From: Tubiluchus corallicola
Taxonomy: Eukaryota > Animalia > Priapulida
DNA length: 64,000 nt
Direction: 5' to 3'
Assembly: GCA_030141605.1 (NCBI GenBank)
Contig: JAQGDQ010000170.1
Location: forward strand, 248,001-312,000
Numbering within the stretch: position 1 is the first letter of the stretch; each line of letters starts with the position of its first letter. Shown here one piece after another: positions 14,691 through 24,702 of the stretch. The notes below the pieces were generated by a model. That model worked only from the letters and a program-made list of their open reading frames with translations, was not told the origin of the DNA and did no database searches. Position numbers and translations under genes: made by a program.

Positions 14691-14706
14691 ATTATTCTTC
14701 TTCTTC

Positions 14707-14742
<36 letters not shown>
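14691..14742 (+). repeat. (TTC)n(TTA)n tail of the LINE
   Basis: Short tandem tail immediately after AATAAA, as in CR1-group elements. Confidence 0.9.
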
Positions 14743-14743
<1 letters not shown>

Positions 14744-15059
14744 TGCTATGATAACTATTTCAGAATTTCTACAGGTAATGTAGATCATAAAGAGTAGTCA
14801 GTAAAAAGGTAACAGGCTAACTCAATTGTCACTAGTGCTGCATCTAAAACAAAAAATAGCATTTGTATTTTCAGCATTAAAAACCGAGTTTGATAACGGC
14901 TTTACTACATTGAATAATAGTGGTAACACTATTGAGACAAATAAACCTTGCTGGCAAGTAATTATCTTTTGCTAACTAGTACTGCGATAAACATGAAGCA
15001 ACTATGTCAATTTAACAAACAGTGGTTATTATAAAACCGCAATATCGCATTTTCTTTGC

Positions 15060-15878
15060 TTAACTGCATGTGTCTTTGAGCAGATTGCATTCTTTGAATG
15101 CGTCATCTAAGAGTGCGTAAACTCTCGCTGGTGCACCACTTCCTTCTTTTATTCTCATTGGAATAGCGTGAACTTTTCCGCCTGTTGGGGGTAACTTATT
15201 AAGATTGGCAACATTTTCTAAGACTGGGATATCTGCCGAAAGTAGTATTCGGTGAACATCGTGCATAGATGTCTGTCCATAGTCTACAGAAATGCAGTCC
15301 ACTCCGTACATTTTGATCTTTCGCTGCTCGATCAGCCATTTGGCGGCTTTTGGGTGAATTCCGGGAAAATGGAGATCACGGTTTGTTTGAGTAGCATTAC
15401 TACCTATATATTTAATCTTGTCTGGCCAGTATTTGTGCCAACCAGTACTCAAAAAGAAGAAACTACCTCGTGGTATTTCACCATATCGCTTCTCCCAGTC
15501 CTTAATATCCTTTACAGTGCACTGGTAATCTGCATTTTTCATTGTTTTACCACTGATGTCCAAATTAACTGCTTCGCCAATTAATTCTTCTAGTCTCAGT
15601 TGGTCGATACTTCTTCCTCCGGGTATTGAGTGCCTTGGTGCATCCATATGTGTCCCTGTATGTTCTCCTGTACAGAAGTTGTTCACTTCCCAATACACGC
15701 CTTTTTTGTTTCTACCTCTTAGTGCTTTTGTCATTGTGAATGGTCTAATGACGTCACGTGTGGGATAGTAGACCATGCCCTCATGGGTGTAATCATGACT
15801 AAGATCAACAATGGACATTTCAGAAACGCACGAGTTTACTAAAACAGCAAAGATAAAGCATGCGTTCGTTGTCCTCAT
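15060..15878 (-). CDS. Cyclase-family metal-dependent hydrolase (kynurenine formamidase KynB / isatin hydrolase-like), signal peptide, 272 aa, intronless CDS
   Basis: HTGTHMDAPRH matches HxGTHxDxPxH; also VDLSH, FPG, GVDCISVD, VH..LL, ENVANL, GSGAPARVYA; ATG at 15878 is followed by hydrophobic CFIFAVLVNSCVS. Confidence 0.92.
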   Translation of the reverse strand: MRTTNACFIFAVLVNSCVSEMSIVDLSHDYTHEGMVYYPTRDVIRPFTMTKALRGRNKKGVYWEVNNFCTGEHTGTHMDAPRHSIPGGRSIDQLRLEELIGEAVNLDISGKTMKNADYQCTVKDIKDWEKRYGEIPRGSFFFLSTGWHKYWPDKIKYIGSNATQTNRDLHFPGIHPKAAKWLIEQRKIKMYGVDCISVDYGQTSMHDVHRILLSADIPVLENVANLNKLPPTGGKVHAIPMRIKEGSGAPARVYALLDDAFKECNLLKDTCS

Positions 15879-16069
15879 TGCAAATGAATCAGTGCATGTT
15901 GAATCCAATGTATACTTTCAGAATTTCATCTTCACAATCAAAATCACATCTGCAAATTACGAAGCGATTATTTCATCCCGCTCCAGAAAATTTTTGTTTT
16001 TTTGTGGAGGGGAGGGGGCATTTTTCAAAGTGGCTAACTAGAGCTTTACAAATGTTTCTAATAAATGAA

Positions 16070-16727
16070 CTGCAGAAAAGTTCCACTCGCAGTCACGTGC
16101 TTAAACCTCAAAGTTTGTATTATACGTGTACCAGACTGTCAGTCTCACTTGCAAATAAACCTCAGTTACAATTATTTCTATTATGATTAACTAAAATCAA
16201 TTATGTATAACTGCTCATATAGGCACACATTATACTGTTGGTAGTTTGCTAAAGGCGCCTAATTATTTGGAATAATCAATAAAAATACGTAATCAATAAA
16301 ATGGCCAAGTTTTAAGTTTCGAAGGAAAAATAACTGTTGTCCAACTAAGGGTTGTTCTGCAGTTATGTAAATATTACTAATACATAATATATATTACATG
16401 TATAATATATCCACTATCCGTATATATTTGGTGTTAGTTATAACATTATTATAATTATACCTATAGGTTAAATAAACTGTTTATACGTTATATTATGACG
16501 TGTAGGTTAAAGAAATTTATTAGCAAACTTGTGAATTGCTAGATTGGCTAGCAATGTAATCTGATGCAGGGAGCACGCAGTGGTTTCCCGAAATATTAAT
16601 AATAATTAATTAATAAATCTTGTTGTGTTTAATAAACCTTTTTTATTTTAACTAATGAATACACAACATTGCTCCTCAATTTTTAAATTAAAACACAATT
16701 ACGTGAATCAAAGATATTTTTACTCAC
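16070..16727 (-). other. Putative 5' UTR intron of the cyclase gene
   Basis: Minus-strand donor GTG|GTGAGTA (16727) and acceptor CTTTTCTGCAG| (16070). Confidence 0.5.
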
Positions 16728-16729
16728 CA

Positions 16730-18120
16730 CATGTAGCAGGTAATTTAGTGACAAAGTACACTGTACACAGATCAGGAAGTAAATTACTACAAAACGACTA
16801 CGAGCCCTCTATAAGCTGAAATAGCGTAGACTTCTTTATGTTGCCCATCATGGCTGTCGAGTGTCACTTTCGCGCAACATTTTGCATAACTAGTTCTACA
16901 GATTTCCACGGCATTCAGAATGAAAGTAACGAAGAAAGTGGTATTAAATTAAATAGGGCGGTTGGAGGATTATTTACAGAGTTTAGTTCGTTTTCAAATG
17001 ACCAGTGTGAGTCAAGTATATTGTTTAGATGGCAAAGAACACCACTTTTGAATTAGCGTTGTAAATTATTACTTAATCGAAATTGCAAATACATATATAA
17101 AGACCGAAAGAAGTCGACTTACACAGTTACACATTGATTAAAAAGCGTTCAGATTGTAAACTATAGTTTGTAACAAATTGTGCAGCCATGTTGCGCTACA
17201 AAGGTACACCATAACATCAATTAACGACCAAATTCCCATGACAAAGTGACAACCAATAAAGGCAAATCGGCTTCCATATACTAACTCTTCGAAAACAGTA
17301 ATTTTTCGATTAATATTTGAATTAATATTGATTATCAAGACGGCAATTTAACTTGTCATGACGTGTGTGCATTATTAATTTTGAAATGTGAGCGTTTGTA
17401 TAGCGACAGACCACAGACAGAGCCGTTTTGAAGTGGAATTAAAAATAGCAAGTCTATACCGCGGATGCACCATTATTTAAAAAAATAACATTTCTCTGAT
17501 ATTGTTGTAATGTTGTTGTTTTGTCGCTGTTTTGTAGGCCTGCAACGCTGCCTAGGTGCTTAGCTTGTGTAACTGCACGCGCCTTGATCATTATACGTAA
17601 AAAAAATGATCTGTGCTGCACGCCTGCGTGCTTTTGACATTCTACAAATTCTTTTGACTTTTCTCTTTGCCAACAACTCTTTCGTTTTTTTCTTAGAATC
17701 AGTCACGAAGGCTGCTACCATTGGGTTACACACATTGAACATATATTTTAATTAAAAACTGAAAAAAATGAAACGCGTGATAGACGCGACCCCTGGTTTC
17801 ACTACGTAATACGATGAAAAGGCGAATGGCTTTTATCGTTTCCATGTGCCTGGTGCAGATTAACAATCACTAGTCACAAACCTGTTTAACATCCTGTCGT
17901 TCTGTGCGGCGTGCGCTTGACCTGTTTGAGTGTTACTACGAGTATATTGCGTCAGACTTTTTTCTTAACCTGAATTTTTTCATGTTCATAGTAAATTCGT
18001 GTCTTCGATGAGATTCATGTTGTGTACTAATGATGTATGAAATTATTTTGACGAGTTAGTCAGAGAACCAGTTTTAGAAGTGCCGCTTTACAGAATTATC
18101 CGCCGAGGTCGGCGTACTCA
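16730..18120. promoter_or_regulatory. Divergent promoter / 5' UTR exon region shared by the cyclase (-) and PLD (+) genes
   Basis: Head-to-head orientation; relatively CpG-rich; splice signals point outward on both strands (minus donor 16727; plus acceptor 17537 and donor 18122). Confidence 0.4.
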
Positions 18121-18121
18121 G

Positions 18122-18672
18122 GTAAGCAGGGTGGGACGGTAAGCTAGCCGGTTGCCTTAGAAATATTAGAATATTAGAAATGTAGGGCATAAGTAAGCCG
18201 CATAACCACACATTTACTTTTTATAAAATCAGTAGGCAAAATTTGATTGCGAAAAATTAAAACTATTTGTGTACAAATTAGCACAAAATATTAAATGTGC
18301 AAACTTGTTCATTGACTAATATTATGTCTATTGATTATAATTTCATATATGCAGAAACGTTCGCCTATTTATTATGGGCTTAAAATCTGTACACAGAATA
18401 CTGTTTGTGATTGCAAATGGAGTTACAGCAGTGCATATATACGTATAATAAGGTTAAGTACAATTCTGTAGGCCTACACTACAGTTCATTTGTAAGACTT
18501 TGCAAATGCTAACATGTTAAGCATGAGTCCTGCATCTGTTCTTGTGCTTCGATCTTCATCTGTATCCTGTTGTGTTCCTATAGTATTTACTAGCCGAGTA
18601 GTTTTACATAACTTATGACTTTTTTAATGCAAGGTAAAAGTAAAAGCACCTTCATTTTTTGTCTTCTTTCAG
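18122..18672 (+). other. Putative 5' UTR intron of PLD
   Basis: CAG|GTAAGC at 18122 and TTTTTGTCTTCTTTCAG| at 18672, 34 nt before the ATG. Confidence 0.65.
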
Positions 18673-18706
18673 TTTGTAACCTAGTGTGTACAGTACTACA
18701 GGCATC

Positions 18707-21700
18707 ATGTCAGATCAGATGATTATTGAAGATTCTGAGTCAGAGTTTGAAGTTCTTGGAAGTACAGAAGATATTGATCCTGACTTTGTAGATAGAGGTG
18801 TCCCTGAGGAAGAGCTTAATCACATACCTTATTCACGCATTCATAGTCCTCCTGAACCATTTAAGTCCCAGAAACGCAAAGTATGGATTCCTGGAAAGCC
18901 AATTAACATTAAGATTATAGAAGCAGTGCGTCAGCCAACAAAAGATATAGCCAATCCCAATGTATATGTAATAGAAATTGAGCATGGAGGTTACAGTTGG
19001 CAAGTTCGACGACGGCACAAGCATTTTGGGAGTTTACATAATAGTTTGTTAATGTACCGAACTCAACTACACATTCCTGCCACAGCAGCAAAGAGAAGCC
19101 AGGCAAAAGGTTTGAAGAAGCAGCTTCCGAAATTTCCAAGACAACCTGATGGGCTTGTATCGCCTAACAAAATGGAGGAACGAAAACGGCAGTTGGAGGA
19201 TTATTTACAGAGTTTAGTTCGTTTTCAAATATACCGTAACCATCCAGAGACACTAGATTTCTTCGAAGTCAGTCAGCTTTCTTTTGTGGACAATCTTGGC
19301 TCCAAAATGAAAGAGGGTATGATGAAAAAGCGAAGAGGTGGCCACAAAGGTGGTTGCTTTAGCTTTATTACTTTACCTGGTCCATGGAAAAAGAGATGGT
19401 TTGTGGTAAAGGACACATATGTTACATATGTTAGACCAGAAGATGGTGTTGTTTCTCATTTGCTGTTAATGGACTCTGGTTTCAAAGTACAAGCTGGACA
19501 TAGTATGACTACTGTTCGTCATGGTGTACTGATCACAAACAATTCCAGAGAGTTGCTACTGACTGCCTGGACACACCGAAGAGCACTAGAATGGGAAAAG
19601 GAGATCAAACAAGCCATGGAAACAACAGGAAAAGAGTTTATTGAACCCATTCGGTTTGACTCATATGCTCCTGCTCGTCCAGAATCATACTGTCGGTGTT
19701 TTGTGGATGGGGCGGGCTACTTTGATGCTGTTGCAGAAGGCATTGAAATAGCAAAAGAAGAAATATTCATTACAGATTGGTGGTTGAGCCCTGAGTTGTA
19801 TTTAAAACGTCCAGCTTTAGGTGACAAGTATCGTTTCGATTTGATGTTGAAAAGAAAGGCGGATGAGGGAGTAAAGATATTTCTTTTGCTGTATAAGGAA
19901 GTTGAAATGGCACTTGGTATTAATTCAGCCTACAGTAAGATTTGTCTTACCCAGAAACATCCGGAAAATATCGTTGTGATGAGACATCCTGATCACGTTC
20001 CTGGTGGTACATTTTTGTGGGCTCATCATGAAAAGATGGTAGTTATAGATCAACGTATAGCTTTCTTTGGCGGGCTAGATATATGTTACGCTCGCTGGGA
20101 TACACACCAGCATCGGCTGACAGATCTTGGACAAGGAGGTCCATTTATGCCAGGTCCTGACAGCATTAAGGTTGGTCTTCAGGGATCAGGGCTTACAAAT
20201 TTGTTAGTAAATCTTGCTGGGCTTGGTAATGGTCAGGAGCAGCAACATGAGCATGCTCAGTCTCCAGATTCTGGCAAACCTGAATCACCTATAACGGATG
20301 AGGATAATGAAGCACAGGGAAGCACGGCTGTACCAGTTCGTAATCTGTCGACCATTGAAGATGCTACTGACACTAGTGCAATAAAACGTCATAACAAGTA
20401 TAATCCCAAGGCTGCCTATCGACGACTGTCATCTAGACTTAAACCAGTCACAGAGTTGAAAAGACGGCGATCATTGGAAGCTGGTAGATTTCCTGTGTTT
20501 GAGGAGCATGGCCCACCAAAAGTACCCGGAGCCTTTGATGTGGAACCTCAAGGACAGAAACTGTGGATTGGCAAGGACTACTCTAACTTTATGTTTAAAG
20601 ATTTTGCAGATTTAGATGCTCCTTTCACAGACTTGATCGATCGTCATCAATGTCCTCGCATGCCTTGGCACGACATTGGCGCTTGTGTGTATGGAAAACC
20701 TGCACGTGATTTGGCACGACATTTTATTCAGCGTTGGAATCAATGCAAAATAGAAAAGGCAAAGTTCGAGTCCCACTATCCTCTCCTGCTACCAAAATCC
20801 TATGACCACGTTACTGTGCCAAGACACTTCAAGGAGACCTCTATCAAATGTACTGCACAAATGCTACGCAGCGTAAGTACTTGGTCTATTGGAGTTGAAC
20901 GAACAGAAGATTCTATCCACCAAGCCTATTTGTCTGCCATCCGGGAATCAAAACATTTCATCTACATCGAAAACCAATTCTTTGTAACTCACATCGACCA
21001 AGAATTCGTAAAGAATGGCATTGCTTTAGCGCTTTACGAACGGATAAAGCAAGCCCATGCTGCAGGGGAAAACTTCCGTGTGTATGTTGTCATGCCAGTC
21101 TTACCTGGTTTCGAAGGCGAAGTTGGAGCACCATCTGGCTATGCCATTCAGGCAATTTGTCATTGGCAGTACACATCCATCTGTCGTGGAGGTAATTCTT
21201 TAATAGAAAGGTTGACAAGAGATGGTGTACCTGCACATAAGTATATTACTTTCCATGGCCTGCGTACTCATTCCGTGATAAATGGCACTCCAATAACAGA
21301 GTTAATTTACGTTCATAGCAAGATGCTAATTGTTGATGACCGCATTTGTATTATTGGGTCAGCAAATATCAATGATCGCAGCATGATTGGTGATCGTGAC
21401 AGTGAGGTGGCTTGCATATTTGAGGACTCAGAATTTACTCCTTGTTTGATGGATGGCAAGGAAGCCCAGTGTGGTAAGCTGGTAGGCCCACACCGCAAGC
21501 TTGTTTTTCGGGAATTGCTTGGCCTTATTGATGCAGAGAATGGAGATGACCTAGTATCTGATCCATGCACCGATGAATTCTATAAGTCAGTTTGGTTGAA
21601 GACTGCATCTGTTAACACTGAATCTTTTGAAAAAGCATTCCACTGTTATCCAACAGATAATGTTCGTACATATGAGCAACTTGAAGAATATAAAAAGGAG

Positions 21701-21859
21701 ACATCTTTAGCAGAGACAAACCCTGATGAAGCCAGAGAAATAGTGAAAAACATCAAGGGTTATCTCATCTTACTTCCCACCATGTTTCTGGCTGATTCTG
21801 AACTGCGACCACCACCTACATCAAAAGAAGGTTTGGTTCCTGTGGATTTGTGGATCTAG
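18707..21859 (+). CDS. PLD1: Phospholipase D1/2 (PX-PH-2xHKD), 1050 aa, intronless CDS
   Basis: PX and PH domains; HKD motifs HHEKMVVID and HSKMLIVDD; PRMPWHD; PIP2-binding ARHFIQRWN; IYIENQFF; GSANINDRS; C-terminal VPVDLWI; long PLD1-type loop. First ATG is 18707 (ORF-track start 18686 is GTG). Confidence 0.97.
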   Translation: MSDQMIIEDSESEFEVLGSTEDIDPDFVDRGVPEEELNHIPYSRIHSPPEPFKSQKRKVWIPGKPINIKIIEAVRQPTKDIANPNVYVIEIEHGGYSWQVRRRHKHFGSLHNSLLMYRTQLHIPATAAKRSQAKGLKKQLPKFPRQPDGLVSPNKMEERKRQLEDYLQSLVRFQIYRNHPETLDFFEVSQLSFVDNLGSKMKEGMMKKRRGGHKGGCFSFITLPGPWKKRWFVVKDTYVTYVRPEDGVVSHLLLMDSGFKVQAGHSMTTVRHGVLITNNSRELLLTAWTHRRALEWEKEIKQAMETTGKEFIEPIRFDSYAPARPESYCRCFVDGAGYFDAVAEGIEIAKEEIFITDWWLSPELYLKRPALGDKYRFDLMLKRKADEGVKIFLLLYKEVEMALGINSAYSKICLTQKHPENIVVMRHPDHVPGGTFLWAHHEKMVVIDQRIAFFGGLDICYARWDTHQHRLTDLGQGGPFMPGPDSIKVGLQGSGLTNLLVNLAGLGNGQEQQHEHAQSPDSGKPESPITDEDNEAQGSTAVPVRNLSTIEDATDTSAIKRHNKYNPKAAYRRLSSRLKPVTELKRRRSLEAGRFPVFEEHGPPKVPGAFDVEPQGQKLWIGKDYSNFMFKDFADLDAPFTDLIDRHQCPRMPWHDIGACVYGKPARDLARHFIQRWNQCKIEKAKFESHYPLLLPKSYDHVTVPRHFKETSIKCTAQMLRSVSTWSIGVERTEDSIHQAYLSAIRESKHFIYIENQFFVTHIDQEFVKNGIALALYERIKQAHAAGENFRVYVVMPVLPGFEGEVGAPSGYAIQAICHWQYTSICRGGNSLIERLTRDGVPAHKYITFHGLRTHSVINGTPITELIYVHSKMLIVDDRICIIGSANINDRSMIGDRDSEVACIFEDSEFTPCLMDGKEAQCGKLVGPHRKLVFRELLGLIDAENGDDLVSDPCTDEFYKSVWLKTASVNTESFEKAFHCYPTDNVRTYEQLEEYKKETSLAETNPDEAREIVKNIKGYLILLPTMFLADSELRPPPTSKEGLVPVDLWI

Positions 21860-23947
21860 AAATATAAAACGGGTTATGAAGTGTTATATTGTTAATTCAG
21901 CATACATTGTGTGACACAAAGGCTAGCTATAGTTTAGAGAAATAGTCATGGTTTTATTTGTTTAATTTTTCAATTCAATTTGGCACACTGCAAGCCGGAA
22001 ACTAGCATTCAGCAACAAAGCCTGTTTAACAGTGTCGTTTGTGGCGGGACAAATCTGGCACTGTATGTGCACCAAGATGAAACACTGAATATGCTGAAGT
22101 GTTTGAGCCATGTTCTGATAGTATACATCCTCTCAAGAGCGGTAAATTGTCAGAAAGGCCCAAACCGAGTATTAAGTTTAGATGGGCATGAACCATTCAC
22201 TCACTTAATTCCGGTCACAAAGAACATGCCGTGATCCCTCGGCTATTCAGTTCTCTTTTGACATTGTTGTGATTACCACTGCATGAGTAAATAATTATGT
22301 CTTGTTAATTCTTTACAATTACAACATATTTTGACACTTTCCAAATTTAAGCTTGTTAAACTAGTATATAGATCAGTTGTGTTTAGGACATTTATTGGTA
22401 CATTATATAGACTACTCTATTTGCCTTAATTATTTATTGTAAGTAACAGAGAGTTTAGTAAAAAAATAAAAAGTGCCCCTTTATTACATGTGAAACTGTT
22501 TCAACATTATCTATTAATTAATGTTATTTAATAGTGTATTGATGTAACTGCTAAATTTTTGTAACATGGCGTTAGGCATGTTATTAGCATTGCGCAACGT
22601 GCTTAAGGAGATCTTGGGGAAAAAACCCAAAGCACCGACCATAGGAGTTTAGCCTATGTAACTTTCAGTAACAGTTATTGCAATAATTATGTAGATTTGT
22701 ATCTAATTTCTAGATCTACAGGCTTATGTAAAACATTTAGTTTTAGGTGCTCTTTGAAATGTAGCTACTTTAATTTTTTTCATTTAAGTTTTTTTATGGA
22801 TAATGATTATTTGCTCCAATCAGGGGCTGTTAGTAAAGTGGTTCATGCATTTTAAATTTCTGAGTGCAGCTAGATTGGAATATTATTTTGAGGCTGCTAC
22901 TTGAATGCCTCTTGTCTTATGATGATAAATAATTTATTGGTGTCTAGTGCACAGATGGAGAGAGCATCCTGATTTATTATGAATCAGTTAATTATGTTTT
23001 TATGACATGTGGTCTAGAGCAACTTTCGAAGAGCTGTCAACATTGCTGCTTTTGGACTGGTAGACTTTCATATAGTTCCTTAAACTCTGCTTATACTTGC
23101 ATGTACTTAAACTTATCGTGCTGGTTGAGTGTCTTCACACCCAAGTGTAGTGTTTATTGCATGTCATAATGCACACTACACACAGCAGAGTTCTACAGAT
23201 GTTTGTTTGTTAAATATGGGCGGGTGTGCACTTCCTATCAACCTGATGGGCGCCTTGGTCCATGACATACATGTTTGAATAGCGTACATGTATATAGGCA
23301 ACGACATTGTTAGATTTATTGCGAAAATAATATCGTTTATTATATGAAAAGCTAGAAGTAATTGTAGAAATACAGTTGCACACGAAACTTATTTATTTGA
23401 ATTCTATTAGTATTCAGGCCTAGTTTAGGTACCACTTTTATCAATCTTGTAGTTTGTTTGTAAGTTGATAACTAATGTTTTTAAAGCCGGTTTGTGAATT
23501 GGACGTCTGACATCGAAATGACTGTATTTTGCAAACTGAATTACCTCATTTAATGACAATATTGCGCTTTGTTAACTGTTGTGTCAAGGCTGACAAGTTA
23601 TCACTTTGGGAAACTCAGACTGACTTATATGAATGAGGTTTATGGTATACCCATCGCGGTTGGAGTGCATTATTGGGTGGATGCGCCCGGAGGCTTCGGA
23701 ATGTCTATCATGGTTAATAAAGCGTAAACCTCCACTCCCTATTTACATGTATGTTATTGTTAACAATCGCTGTCTATAAGGCTTTTGTTAATTAGCCGTC
23801 ATTTTCGGCAAAGTTTTGCACTACTATTGACGTCAGACTCGGGAGTTTTTGTAGCCTTATTCAGGTTTAATAATCATTGTACGCTGCCCAATTACTTTTG
23901 TTTTTGTTAAATTTGACGCTTTCTGAGAATTAACTAAAATCGTCTGG

Positions 23948-23953
23948 AATAAA
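23948..23953 (+). terminator. Candidate polyadenylation signal of PLD
   Basis: AATAAA followed by T/GT-rich sequence; other AATAAA copies exist (e.g. 23716). Confidence 0.35.
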
Positions 23954-24120
23954 CATAAAATATTGTCTATTAATGTTTGTTAATGGCAACAGCATTATTG
24001 TGATGTTGAATCAATGCTCTTTGCCCACTGCATTGAATTTTGAAGCCAAACTTGTCAAAAATGACGGAAATGTGCCAAAATCTGGGTGAGCCTGGTTCAA
24101 ATTAAATCTCCTATAATCAC

Positions 24121-24192
24121 TGGGGTTGAGTAATTGGCATAGTTATTGGCACTGTAATCTTAAGACTGCTGGTTCAAATTCAGAATCAGTCC
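24121..24192 (+). repeat. Degenerate tRNA-like / SINE head
   Basis: A-box-like start, CTGTAAT loop-like segment and B-box-like GGTTCAAAT; stems do not close into a proper cloverleaf. Confidence 0.35.
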
Positions 24193-24696
24193 ACATGTTC
24201 TTCCATATTGGACAAGCTTAGTTTCAAAATCTAGTACCTGAGCTCATTCAATCATTTATAAATAATTATGGATTTTTTGACTTTAATTAAAATTAGTGTG
24301 TTAACAACAGTATTTAGTACTGTAATAGCAAAAATAAGAGCTAAATGGCTTCTGTTTTACTTTGTGACTTCATAAAATCTTTCATTATCAAACATTCCTT
24401 TGATTATGCATGTATTTAAATGGTAGTTTTTATCAAGTGTTTTTTATATTTTTCATATGCATGGACATTATAGTTTTTCTAAATATACAGTATTTATACA
24501 GTGTAGTATTGATGTGCCAGTACAGTGAAAGATTATTTTTCTAATGTTTTAAAATAACAATGCTCTGTATGTAAACGAGAAATAGTGATTCCAAGTGATA
24601 ATAATTTTTTATAGGAAATATTTTGCGAAACTGGATTTTGTATGCATAGTTGACAGTGGAAATAATATTACTTGTTTGGGTTCAAAAGTAACCTAA

Positions 24697-24702
24697 TTTA
24701 TT
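24697..24702 (-). terminator. Candidate polyadenylation signal of the minus-strand (lgl/orphan) 3' UTR
   Basis: TTTATT on plus; another at 24891; T/G strand bias appears to switch strands near 24.7 kb. Confidence 0.35.

Larger units (their letters stand above)
10675..14742 (+). mobile_element. Non-LTR retrotransposon (CR1 group: L2/Crack/Daphne-like), PHD-APE-RT, degenerate
   Basis: PHD (IQCDVCSLWTHLKC..YFCKQC); AP endonuclease motifs (ISETR, GDINID, TLIDHIY, ADHLPV); RT motifs (NYRPIS, LDLTKAFDTV, GVPQGSTLGP, FADD, YLGV); 3' UTR with stem-loop, AATAAA at 14683 and (TTC)n(TTA)n tail. Confidence 0.93.

Noticed and set aside
18686-18706. ORF-track start of PLD at GTG (likewise TTG starts at 15908 and 32155)
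   Set aside because: Eukaryotic genes; the first in-frame ATGs are 18707, 15878 and 32149
24121-24192. Functional tRNA genes (also ~59713 and ~5815)
   Set aside because: Only box-like motifs; acceptor, anticodon and T stems do not pair properly
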